64,000 bases of DNA from an uncultured Bacteroidota bacterium. GTDB taxonomy: Bacteria > Bacteroidota > Ignavibacteria > UBA10030 > UBA8401. The notes beneath the pieces were generated by a model that saw only the letters and a list, made by a program, of their open reading frames with translations, made no database searches and was not told the origin of the DNA. The position numbers and the translations under genes were made by a program. Below, one piece after another: positions 29,505-38,692 of the stretch; the first letter of the stretch is position 1; each line of letters starts with the position of its first letter. Location of the stretch: the NCBI GenBank assembly GCA_963772165.1, contig CAVYWA010000011.1, forward strand, positions 101,909-165,908, read 5' to 3'.

Positions 29505-30953
29505 ATGCCATTAACAATTTACAATACTCTTTCCCGTCAAAAAGAAGAATTCAAACCCCTTCACGAAGGCCTCGTGGGAATGTACGTCTGCGGGCCGACC
29601 GTTTACAGCGATTCACACGTTGGGCACGGCAAGAGCTATGTTTCGTTCGATGTAATTGCCCGCTATCTTCGGTATCTCGGCAATAAAGTTTTGTATGTTC
29701 AGAATATTACCGACGTGGGGCATTTGCTCGACGACGGCGAGGACAGGATGCTGAAGCAATCGCGCATCGATAAGATTCATCCGATGCAGATCGCTGAAAA
29801 AATCACGCGCAGTTATTTTGACGATATGGATGCCCTCAATGTGGTTCGGCCTGATATATCGCCGCGCGCATCGGGCCACATCATTGAACAGATCGAGATC
29901 GTGAAGAAGCTGCTCGCGAACGGACACGCATACGAGGTGAACGGCTCAGTTTATTTTGATGTGAGGAAATTCAAAAATTACGGGAAGCTCTCCGGCAGAA
30001 CGATTGATGATATGAAAGAGGGGACCCGTGTAGAATTGAAAACCGAAAAACGAAACCCCGAGGATTTCGCCCTCTGGAAAAAAGCAGAACCGGAGCACAT
30101 CATGCGATGGCAGAGCCCATGGGGCGAAGGCTTTCCCGGCTGGCATGTCGAGTGTTCAGCGATGTCGATGAAATATCTTGGCGAGACGTTCGATATTCAC
30201 GGGGGAGGATTGGACAACCAGTTTCCGCATCATGAGTGCGAGATTGCCCAGAGCGAATCTGCGACCGGCAAACCGTTTGTAAAGTATTGGATCCACAATA
30301 ATCTGGTAACGGTGAACGGCCAGAAAATGTCGAAATCTCTCGGCAATTTTGTCACGCTCAAAGACATATTCAAAAAATTTGATCCTGCCGTCATCCGGTT
30401 TTTCATTCTTCAAAGCCATTACCGAAGTACACTGGATTTTAGCGAGCAAGCTCTGGAAGCATCAAAGACGGGCCTGACGAAATTACAGAATACAATACGG
30501 AGATTGCACGAGGCCGCCGATTTTGCGAAGCGTTCATCCACGTTCGGGTCTTTTGAGAGAGATTTGAAGCCATTCCGGGATGAATTTATCGCCGCAATGA
30601 ACGATGATTTCAACACTCCGAAAGCGATTGCTGTGCTGTTTGACGTGGCATCAAAAGTGAATGATTGGTTGATGCCGGGGATGCTGCCGACGGAAGCCAC
30701 ACTTCATGAGATTGAAAATTTCTTTGATGAGCTTGGATGGGGGATTCTCGGACTTCCGATAAACGGATCATCCTCTGCCGGCTCGGGCAACAGTTCTGCG
30801 GAAGCCGGTCTGATGGATTTAATCGTCGAAGTGCGGAAGGAGATTAGAAAACAGAAAATGTGGGCATTATCGGATAAAATTCGAGATACTGTCAAGGCCC
30901 TTGGCATCGTTCTTGAAGACGCCAAGGAGATTACGACATGGAAAAAAGTGTGA
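29505..30953 (+). CDS. cysS: cysteine--tRNA ligase
   Basis: HIGH motif (HVGHGKSY) and KMSKS. Zinc-binding Cys residues. 482 aa. Confidence 0.95.
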   Translation: MPLTIYNTLSRQKEEFKPLHEGLVGMYVCGPTVYSDSHVGHGKSYVSFDVIARYLRYLGNKVLYVQNITDVGHLLDDGEDRMLKQSRIDKIHPMQIAEKITRSYFDDMDALNVVRPDISPRASGHIIEQIEIVKKLLANGHAYEVNGSVYFDVRKFKNYGKLSGRTIDDMKEGTRVELKTEKRNPEDFALWKKAEPEHIMRWQSPWGEGFPGWHVECSAMSMKYLGETFDIHGGGLDNQFPHHECEIAQSESATGKPFVKYWIHNNLVTVNGQKMSKSLGNFVTLKDIFKKFDPAVIRFFILQSHYRSTLDFSEQALEASKTGLTKLQNTIRRLHEAADFAKRSSTFGSFERDLKPFRDEFIAAMNDDFNTPKAIAVLFDVASKVNDWLMPGMLPTEATLHEIENFFDELGWGILGLPINGSSSAGSGNSSAEAGLMDLIVEVRKEIRKQKMWALSDKIRDTVKALGIVLEDAKEITTWKKV

Positions 30954-30967
30954 AATCTTCATACATT

Positions 30968-30990
30968 GCAGCAGAATTAAGCTGCTTTTT
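30968..30990 (+). terminator. weak rho-independent terminator after cysS
   Basis: gcagc-agaattaa-gctgc stem-loop followed by TTTTT. Confidence 0.35.
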
Positions 30991-31025
30991 CAGTAAACTT
31001 CTAGGACCATGGTTCGTCTAACCAA

Positions 31026-31802
31026 TTGGAAGGAACATCAGTGAAGAGACTGTTATTCACCTGTTCATTGTTCATTGTTTATTGTTCATTGAGGGCACAA
31101 AATTCGGCAGGCGATGCGGCGAACATTGAACCGCGATATACAATTGATACGCCGACAGCAGGGCTTTTAAAGCGAGGAGCGTTTGCGATGGATGTCGATT
31201 TTTTCCAGAACGGCGGAATGACGGTCGGCCTTGAAGCCGGTGCGCTTGATCGTTTGAATTTTGGTATTTCATACGGCGGTTCGGGAATTATCGGAGACGG
31301 CAACATTTCGATGCAGAAGCTCCCCGGCGTGAACGTCAAATTCCGCTTGTTCGATGAGACGATGGCGATGCCCGCTATCGCACTTGGGTTTGACTCACAG
31401 GGAAAGGAAACGTACATTGACAGTTTAGAACGGTTCACGATTAAGTCCCGAGGATTTTTTGCTTCTGCCAGTAAAAATTATTCTTTTATGGGCAATTTGA
31501 GTCTTCACGGCGGGACGAATTACAGCCTTGAGAACAAAGACGGCAACAACAATTTAGATTTTTTTGTCGGCGCCGAAAAATCGTTGGGCACCGATATTTC
31601 ATTGCTTGCCGAATATGACTTTGGGTTGAATGATAATCTCGGCGTTGTCGGCAAAGGGAATGGATATTTGAACGCGGGTTTACGCTGGTCGTGGGGAAAC
31701 GGGTTCACTCTTGGTTGTGATCTGAAAAATCTTGTCAGAAATCAAAATAATGTCACGATCGGTAATAGAACAATCAAAGTGGAATATGTACGGGCACTCT
31801 AA
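31026..31802 (+). CDS. predicted outer-membrane beta-barrel protein
   Basis: Signal peptide (RLLFTCSLFIVYCSLRAQ). Alternating-hydrophobic strands rich in G/N/S/D turns. C-terminal aromatic-containing strand. Confidence 0.5.
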   Translation: MEGTSVKRLLFTCSLFIVYCSLRAQNSAGDAANIEPRYTIDTPTAGLLKRGAFAMDVDFFQNGGMTVGLEAGALDRLNFGISYGGSGIIGDGNISMQKLPGVNVKFRLFDETMAMPAIALGFDSQGKETYIDSLERFTIKSRGFFASASKNYSFMGNLSLHGGTNYSLENKDGNNNLDFFVGAEKSLGTDISLLAEYDFGLNDNLGVVGKGNGYLNAGLRWSWGNGFTLGCDLKNLVRNQNNVTIGNRTIKVEYVRAL

Positions 31803-31872
31803 CATTGGAATGATCCAGTCCTTTATGGTGTTAGTGTTGGTAATGGTTCTATAAAGGAGGAAGGAATTTCTT

Positions 31873-32808
31873 ATGAAAACTATCCGAAGCTTTTTCAACC
31901 TTGTAATCTTTTTACCGGCCGCCGGATTCTTTTTTGCCGGATGTTATACTCACATGGAGACGATGAGAGATGAGGGATCGGGCGGTGGAGACGGCGATGA
32001 TTACGCGTACACCGATTCAACGAACGCTTCGAACGATACGACTGGTGCCAACTATTTCTCCGACGATGATTACCGTGAAGCGAATGAGCGGGCATCGTTT
32101 GATTACTATTGTCCCCCTGCTTACATCTGGGGATCGAACATTTGCTACGATCCGTGGTATGACGAATGTTGGTATCCTGGTTCGTACTGGTACGGGTATT
32201 ATCCTTATTGGGGCTGGGGATGGGGATACGGTTATTCGCCGTATTATGGCGGCGGGTATCGCGGATACCATGGATGGCGCGGAGGAGATTTCTATGCCGG
32301 TAGAATAAGGACTATAGGCAACACGCGTGGGGGAGTTGGCTACTTTGGCGGTCGAACCATGGGCGGTTCTCCTGGAGCGATTCCGTTCGCGAACGGAGGT
32401 ATAGCTTCACGAACGAGGACTCCGGCTGCACCAGCGGCTGTTGCTGCAACGACGTCCCGTTCGCGTCAGGAAGTTGCCTGGTGGGAACGGGGAAGAGCAA
32501 CAACGGCGGCTTCTTCGGATAGGAATGGAGTGACAGCGCGTACACAGTCTGCGGGAAGGAGCTCAACGGCTGCTTACCAAAGAAGAACTACGGTTAATTC
32601 CTCAAGGAGCAGTGTTAATGCTCGCCAGGTAAATCAGCATAGGGGGCGAATGCAACCCGCACGAGGAGGGAGTAGCGGCAGTCAGTCAAGAGTATCGCGT
32701 CAAGGATATCCCCATTATTCTTCTCCACAGGGTTCGAGTGGAAGAGGAGGTAGTAGTGGTGGAGGTCGGAGCGGAGGAGGAAGAAGTGGAGGCGGCAGAG
32801 GCAGGTAA
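31873..32808 (+). CDS. lipoprotein with W/Y/G-rich low-complexity core and C-terminal RGG/SGGGR repeats
   Basis: Lipobox FFAGCY. Acidic D/G stretch. WYPGSYWYGYYPYWGWGWGYGYSPYYGGGYRGYHGWRGG. S/T/R-rich region. GRGGSSGGGRSGGGRSGGGRGR tail. Confidence 0.6.
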   Translation: MKTIRSFFNLVIFLPAAGFFFAGCYTHMETMRDEGSGGGDGDDYAYTDSTNASNDTTGANYFSDDDYREANERASFDYYCPPAYIWGSNICYDPWYDECWYPGSYWYGYYPYWGWGWGYGYSPYYGGGYRGYHGWRGGDFYAGRIRTIGNTRGGVGYFGGRTMGGSPGAIPFANGGIASRTRTPAAPAAVAATTSRSRQEVAWWERGRATTAASSDRNGVTARTQSAGRSSTAAYQRRTTVNSSRSSVNARQVNQHRGRMQPARGGSSGSQSRVSRQGYPHYSSPQGSSGRGGSSGGGRSGGGRSGGGRGR

Positions 32809-33028
32809 TATGAAATGCAAAACACCGGAACAGTGACCGATCACGGCATAAACATCGAAAACAGTTAATAACAACTACTGCACCGCCCCTTCCGGCTGCT
32901 CCAGAAAGCGGCACGACAACTGATCGCAGCAGGACAAACGGGCAATACTTCAGTTGGGCCGGTACCAGCTACGCGAATGGCCAAGTCAGATTGCGGAGAC
33001 GGAAGGGAGTAGGAGGCGAAGGATATCT

Positions 33029-34483
33029 ATGAAACTACATGGTTCTCTACACTCAATTATTTTCATTCTTGGATTAGCAACGTTTGGTATATCCGCTGCT
33101 CATGCACAGTTTGCGGATGACGCGCTGCGTTTTTCTTCTACAGGATTCGGAGTTGGTTCGCGAGCTCAAAGCATGGGCGGCGCCTATATCGGCGTGGCGG
33201 ATGATTACAGTGCTACGTTTTGGAATCCGGCCGGTTTGGCACAGATGAGGAGACTCGAATTTACCGGCGGCATTATCAATACGAATTATTCAAACGACGC
33301 GACGTTTTTTGGCAACTCGAGCACTGCAACGAACAGCAGCACTGCGCTGGATAATCTGGGCTTCGTGTTTCCGGTCCCGACATCGCGCGGAAGCTTAGTC
33401 TTCGCCGCCGGCTACAATAGGGTGAACGATTATACAACCGCACTCGCATTCAACGGCTTCAATGCGAAAAGCTCGATCATACCGTCGCTCTACGACCCCG
33501 ACGGTGATTTTGACATCCCGTTCCAAACTTTTTTGGAAAATACAAACGGTTATACTCCGATTCAAAAAAATGTACAGCAGCAAGGAGTTGTCCGCGAGAG
33601 CGGAAGTATTGGTACGTGGGCGTTCTCCGGTGCGGTCGATATAGAAAAAGATTTTTCGTTTGGTGTAACAATCAATCTCATCAACGGCACATACAATTAT
33701 GTAAGGAATTACTCCGAAACAGATGTTAATAACGTCTATAACGACCCGACGAGATTTTATGATGCGAACGGGGTTATTCCGGACTCCTTATACAGAGAGT
33801 TTAACGCATTCTATTATGACAACTCACTCACCAGCGAATTGAGCGGGGTGAATGTGATGTTCGGGTTTATGTACAGGTACGAGGATATTGCTCGCTTTGG
33901 TCTCACGATCAAAACTCCGACGTCGATGACCATCCATGAAACATATACGAATGCCGGGCAAAGTGCGTTCGATGATACAACGGGTTATTATTATTCGTAC
34001 GATGCAAATAATGATTATGGATTAACGACTCCGTGGGTGTTCGGTGCCGGCGCTTCGTATTCTCCGTTCGAAGGACTTTTGTTGTCCGGGCAAATTGAAT
34101 ACACCGATTGGACGCAACTGCAGTGGACCGACAATAGCGACCTCGAAAACGAAAATATTGCCTTGAAACAGGAATTTCGCTCCACGGTAAATTATGCCGT
34201 CGGTGGGGAATTTGAGATTCCGCGCACCGAGATTCGCTTGAGGGCGGGCTATTCATTCAAACCATCGGCGTATGTGGGCGATCCATCATCCTTCGGCCAA
34301 ACCACAATTACAGGAGGAGCCGGTATTTTGCTGCAAGATAATGTTATGGTTGACGTCGCAGCAATGTTCGGGTCGTTTAAAACGTACCAAAATAACTACG
34401 GCGATGCGGCGCTTAATCTATCGCGCACAGATGAAAGCATTTCCACCACGAACATTGACCTCACCATCTCTTACAGGTTTTAG
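33029..34483 (+). CDS. FadL/OmpP1/TodX-family outer-membrane channel (PorV-like?)
   Basis: Signal peptide MKLHGSLHSIIFILGLATFGISAAHA. N-terminal motif GSRAQSMGGAYIGVADDYSATFWNPAGLA characteristic of the FadL family. C-terminal ...TISYRF. The ORF-track start at 32954 is probably an over-extension. Confidence 0.7.
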   Translation: MKLHGSLHSIIFILGLATFGISAAHAQFADDALRFSSTGFGVGSRAQSMGGAYIGVADDYSATFWNPAGLAQMRRLEFTGGIINTNYSNDATFFGNSSTATNSSTALDNLGFVFPVPTSRGSLVFAAGYNRVNDYTTALAFNGFNAKSSIIPSLYDPDGDFDIPFQTFLENTNGYTPIQKNVQQQGVVRESGSIGTWAFSGAVDIEKDFSFGVTINLINGTYNYVRNYSETDVNNVYNDPTRFYDANGVIPDSLYREFNAFYYDNSLTSELSGVNVMFGFMYRYEDIARFGLTIKTPTSMTIHETYTNAGQSAFDDTTGYYYSYDANNDYGLTTPWVFGAGASYSPFEGLLLSGQIEYTDWTQLQWTDNSDLENENIALKQEFRSTVNYAVGGEFEIPRTEIRLRAGYSFKPSAYVGDPSSFGQTTITGGAGILLQDNVMVDVAAMFGSFKTYQNNYGDAALNLSRTDESISTTNIDLTISYRF

Positions 34484-34554
34484 CTCGTCGTTCCTGGTTA
34501 CGGGTAAACCCAGCTAGGCGTTTTAAGGGAATAGCCCTCCACAAATACACTGAG

Positions 34555-34590
34555 AAAGGCGTAAACTTGGTTTGTTTACGCCTTTTTCTT
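34555..34590 (+). terminator. rho-independent terminator after the FadL-like gene
   Basis: ggcgtaaac - ttggttt - gtttacgcc 9-bp stem followed by TTTTT. Confidence 0.65.
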
Positions 34591-34824
34591 AGTTCTCTAC
34601 TCCATAATTGCCATCCCATGCCATCTTTGCTCATCTAAAGGTCCTCATTGCCAGGACTAAGGGGGCCAGCGAATCAGCGTTACTTTTTCCACTTTTTTGG
34701 AAACTCGTGACACTATTTTTGGGAAAAGATTGAGTGCTGAATAGTTAAACGTTGATTTTTCAGCCAATTACATTGTTTATGGCTGCCACATTGCCGCTAA
34801 TCTCCCTTTTGGTAATGGCACAAA

Positions 34825-34850
34825 TATTGTAACTCTGAAAGATTACAATA
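34825..34850. promoter_or_regulatory. perfect palindrome TATTGTAA-N10-TTACAATA, candidate operator about 85 bp upstream of the multihaem cytochrome gene
   Basis: 8-bp inverted repeat with a 10-bp spacer in a 340-bp AT-rich leader. Confidence 0.4.
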
Positions 34851-34932
34851 TCCTTCTTAAAACACAAAAAGGCAGGGTTTGCGGCTTTAGAGTGAGAGAG
34901 GATTTTTAAAACATTGAAACCTGGAGAATACA

Positions 34933-37044
34933 ATGAAAAGATTTGCTAACATTTCTAGGGCACTCCTTATCTGTTGCTTCCTCGCATTTGTGTCGATGGA
35001 AACAATGGCGCAGGTAGTGAAGCTAAGGGTAGCACCGATGTCGCCCGGAAAACTAGGCGCAATTGGCAAGAGCAGCGCTTTGGCAACAACGGGGTTGAAA
35101 ATATTCGGCAAAGGAGCAAAGACTTTCCTGCTTGCGGACACGACAGGTTCCGGAGCAACAGTCGTGACCTCGTTCACATGGTCGTTTGTTTCCAGGCCGA
35201 CTGCCTCTACGGCAGTATTTGACAGCACAGGCAGCAATCAGTCTCAAAGCTTCACGGCAGATTCTGGTGGACAATACATAGTAAGTGTTTCAATAAACGG
35301 TGGCGCGTCCGACCAAGACACGTTCTGGGTTAGTACATACATTGGCAATCCTACAACGGCGGTATCAGGTGCAATTCCGTGCGCGACATGCCATTCGGCA
35401 AACAATACCGGTTGGCAAACCACGGGTCATGCGCTTATTTACACGCAAGGGATTATGGGACAACTGGAAGTAAATACATACGGCCAGGGAGAATATTCTA
35501 CGAGTTGCTGGCAATGCCACACCACAGGATATAACACTTCAGCAAACAACGGAAATTTTGGGTATCTCTCTCATTCACTCGGTTGGGATACTACGGCATT
35601 CAAAGGATTGCCGAAAGCTGGATCCTTCTCTTTAATCCCCAACGGCGATTCGGCGATCTATAAAAACATGGTCACGAATTATTCTCCTCTTGTTCCATTA
35701 GCAAGCATAGGATGCGAGAGCTGCCATGGACCAGGAAAAGATCACAACGGCGATATTAGTAAAATCGGCCTTTCGCTCGATGCCGGTGTTTGCCAATCAT
35801 GCCACGACGCGCCCCCGAGACATGTCTCTGGAACTTATTGGGCTTTGTCAGATCATGCCACGATGCCTCTTGCAGGAACGGATGCGACCTCGACGAGCTG
35901 CTTCCCCTGCCACAGCGGCAGCGCATTTGTGAAATGGGTGACTGACAGCAAGCCTGCTACCGATGCAAATTGGAGTGCCGCCGCCGATGCAAGCTATCCT
36001 ATTACCTGCGCGGTTTGTCATGACCCGCACAGCACGACAAATCCAAATCAGTTGAGGACCGTGACCGTCGATACGCTGAGAAACGGATATCGTATCCAGT
36101 CGGGCGGACTCGGTCAGCTTTGCATGAACTGCCATCGCTCACGGTACGCCGTCAGCACAAAAGTTACGACAACTCCTCCGTACTACGGATTCGGAAGCCA
36201 CTACGGCCCGCACGGCAACCCGCAAGCCGATATGCTTTTGGGTCAGAATGCGTACCAGTACGGGGACAGCAGCCTTACCGGCCTAGCAACGCATGACGGC
36301 GTTCCCGACGCCTGCGTTACGTGCCACATGCCCGGAAACAACCACGCTTTGACAATGCAAGACACAACTGGAACTGGTGTCATGCACGACCGAGTCGATG
36401 CTTGCCAAACCTGCCATGGACCCCAGATCCAAAAATTTGACGACATCAAAGCCAGCTATGACTATGATCGCAACGGAAAGATCGAGGGAGTTCAAACAGA
36501 AGTCGCTGGGTTATTGGCTCAGTTGAAAGCAAGGCTGCCGCTCGACTCCACTGGAAATCCGATAACTGGTCTGGGAGATAGCCTTAAAGTTAAGAACAGG
36601 CCGGATCTGGTACAAAATTTGTATACGTATGCTTTTGTGACGAGTGATGGAAGCGGTGGTATGCATAACGCGAAATACACTGTGGCTCTTTTGCAGAAAG
36701 CCCTTGGATTCTACCCGACGGGTGTCAATGTTGTGAGTCAGAAAACCCCGTCGACGTATAACCTAAGCCAGAATTATCCGAACCCGTTCAACCCGTCGAC
36801 GAATATCGAATTCTCAATTCCCCGCTCGGCGACGATTCAGTTGAATGTCTACAATATTCTCGGCGAGTTGGTGAAGACACTTGTTAACGGAGATATTGTA
36901 TCGGGTAACTATAAAGTAACCTGGAATGGAACAAACAGCCACGGAGTAACGGTATCCAGCGGGATCTATTTCTACAGACTGGTTGCTCAGTCTAACGGAG
37001 CCGCGAATTATATCATCACAAAGAAAATGTTGATGATGAAGTAA
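34933..37044 (+). CDS. nonahaem c-type cytochrome with T9SS C-terminal sorting domain (secreted/surface multihaem cytochrome)
   Basis: Signal peptide. Nine CxxCH motifs (CATCH, CWQCH, CESCH, CQSCH, CFPCH, CAVCH, CMNCH, CVTCH, CQTCH). C-terminus LSQNYPNPFNPSTNIEFSIP...VYNILGELV...SGIYFYRLVA...KKMLMMK matches Por_Secre_tail. Confidence 0.85.
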   Translation: MKRFANISRALLICCFLAFVSMETMAQVVKLRVAPMSPGKLGAIGKSSALATTGLKIFGKGAKTFLLADTTGSGATVVTSFTWSFVSRPTASTAVFDSTGSNQSQSFTADSGGQYIVSVSINGGASDQDTFWVSTYIGNPTTAVSGAIPCATCHSANNTGWQTTGHALIYTQGIMGQLEVNTYGQGEYSTSCWQCHTTGYNTSANNGNFGYLSHSLGWDTTAFKGLPKAGSFSLIPNGDSAIYKNMVTNYSPLVPLASIGCESCHGPGKDHNGDISKIGLSLDAGVCQSCHDAPPRHVSGTYWALSDHATMPLAGTDATSTSCFPCHSGSAFVKWVTDSKPATDANWSAAADASYPITCAVCHDPHSTTNPNQLRTVTVDTLRNGYRIQSGGLGQLCMNCHRSRYAVSTKVTTTPPYYGFGSHYGPHGNPQADMLLGQNAYQYGDSSLTGLATHDGVPDACVTCHMPGNNHALTMQDTTGTGVMHDRVDACQTCHGPQIQKFDDIKASYDYDRNGKIEGVQTEVAGLLAQLKARLPLDSTGNPITGLGDSLKVKNRPDLVQNLYTYAFVTSDGSGGMHNAKYTVALLQKALGFYPTGVNVVSQKTPSTYNLSQNYPNPFNPSTNIEFSIPRSATIQLNVYNILGELVKTLVNGDIVSGNYKVTWNGTNSHGVTVSSGIYFYRLVAQSNGAANYIITKKMLMMK

Positions 37045-37071
37045 TATCGGCTTTTCGTAAATTAAATAAAA

Positions 37072-37106
37072 AAGGCTGCTGTGGATTACCACTGCAGCCT
37101 TTTTTA
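37072..37106 (+). terminator. rho-independent terminator after the cytochrome gene
   Basis: aaggctgctgtgg - atta - ccactgcagcctt followed by TTTTTT. Confidence 0.65.
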
Positions 37107-37180
37107 TTGATTGTCGCCCTTCAAATAGCTATATTTCCCTATCTCTCACTGTTTCAAATACTTACGCAAAAAGCTGAGCG

Positions 37181-38173
37181 ATGACTTTTTCCGAGGACAG
37201 GCTGAAAGAACTCCTAGCAAAGTTTAAAAATAAGCGCATCGCAGTCGTGGGCGATGTCATGCTGGACAAATACCTTTGGGGAACTGTCGGTCGTATTTCT
37301 CCCGAAGCCCCCGTCCCCATTGTTGAAGTTGAAAAAGAAACCGAGCGGCTTGGCGGTGCTGCAAATGTCGCAAATAATGTCAAATCCCTTGGGGGATGGC
37401 CGCTGTTGGTGGGGGTTGTCGGCGACGACTCGAACGGCACCCTGCTGACAAAACTTCTTGCTGAGCAAGGTTGTCCAATAAACGGGATTGTTAAGGATGC
37501 GTCGAGGCCCACGACAATAAAAACACGTGTCATTGCCCATAGCCAGCATGTCGTTCGAATAGACAATGAACAGAAACGCGATATTTTGCCTGCGGTGCAG
37601 GATCAGATCCTTGCGGTACTCCGGGCTACTATTGACACTCTGGATGGCATTATCCTCGAGGACTACAACAAGGGAGTTATCGCCACATCGTTGATACATC
37701 AGATTATTGAGATAGCTCGTGAGCATGAAAAAATTGTGACCGTAGATCCCAAGTTCCAGAATTTCTTCGAGTATAAGAATGCTACGGTATTCAAACCGAA
37801 CAAAAAAGAAGTTGAAGAGGCGTTGGGAGTTAAGCTCACTTCCGAGGAGAGCGTGCGTGAGGCAATAGAATTATTGAAGAAAAAACTGCACGCAGATAAT
37901 ATCCTCATTACGCTCGGCGAAAACGGGATGAGTTTGTTGGACAACCAGGGTTCGTTGCTGCATTTACCGACCCGGGCGCGGCATGTTGCCGATGTATCGG
38001 GTGCCGGCGACACAGTGATTGCCACACTCACTATGGCACTGGCGTCTGGCGCGTCAATTCACGAATCGGCGAGCCTTGCCAATTTTGCCGGCGGTGTCGT
38101 GTGCGGCGAAGTTGGTATCGTTCCCATTATGCCGGATGCATTGCTCTCAAGGGTTCTTTCCTACCATTCGTAA
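37181..38173 (+). CDS. D-glycero-beta-D-manno-heptose-7-phosphate kinase (RfaE/HldE domain I, PfkB family)
   Basis: PfkB ribokinase-like fold with C-terminal DVSGAGDT motif. N-terminal KRIAVVGDVMLDKYLWG is typical of HldE domain I. Confidence 0.8.
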   Translation: MTFSEDRLKELLAKFKNKRIAVVGDVMLDKYLWGTVGRISPEAPVPIVEVEKETERLGGAANVANNVKSLGGWPLLVGVVGDDSNGTLLTKLLAEQGCPINGIVKDASRPTTIKTRVIAHSQHVVRIDNEQKRDILPAVQDQILAVLRATIDTLDGIILEDYNKGVIATSLIHQIIEIAREHEKIVTVDPKFQNFFEYKNATVFKPNKKEVEEALGVKLTSEESVREAIELLKKKLHADNILITLGENGMSLLDNQGSLLHLPTRARHVADVSGAGDTVIATLTMALASGASIHESASLANFAGGVVCGEVGIVPIMPDALLSRVLSYHS

Positions 38174-38200
38174 CGCTCGAAACAAATTTTCGGGATCACC

Positions 38201-38692
38201 ATGGGAAAAGTTTTCTCTCTCGCAGAATTAATTGAGGTGCGTCATCGTTGGAAGGTAAGCCGAAAGAAAGTTGTTTTTACCAACGGTGTCTTCGATATCT
38301 TGCACCGCGGACACGTGGAGTACCTCGCTGCGGCAAAATCTCTGGGCGATGAACTGATCGTAGGAATAAACAGCGATGCTTCCGTGAAAAAGATTAAGGG
38401 CCCTCGCCGCCCCGTCGTTGTGGAAGGTGACCGGGCGTTCCTTGTCTCCCAGCTGGTCCCCGTTGACGCCGTCTGCATCTTCGACCAGGAGACACCGTAT
38501 GATATCATCAGCGCCCTTATACCGGACATTCTTGTTAAAGGCGCCGACTGGAAGGTCGATGATGTTGTAGGAAAAGATATCGTCGAGCATTCCGGAGGAA
38601 AAGTTCTCACACTCCCGTTTGTCCCCAGACACTCGACGACGTTGGTCATCGAAAAAATTAAAGAGTTGTACGCCGGTCAAGAAAAAGAATAG
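38201..38692 (+). CDS. D-beta-D-heptose-1-phosphate adenylyltransferase (RfaE/HldE domain II, cytidylyltransferase fold)
   Basis: VVFTNGVFDILHRGHVEYL (HxGH nucleotidyltransferase motif). 163 aa. Confidence 0.8.
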   Translation: MGKVFSLAELIEVRHRWKVSRKKVVFTNGVFDILHRGHVEYLAAAKSLGDELIVGINSDASVKKIKGPRRPVVVEGDRAFLVSQLVPVDAVCIFDQETPYDIISALIPDILVKGADWKVDDVVGKDIVEHSGGKVLTLPFVPRHSTTLVIEKIKELYAGQEKE

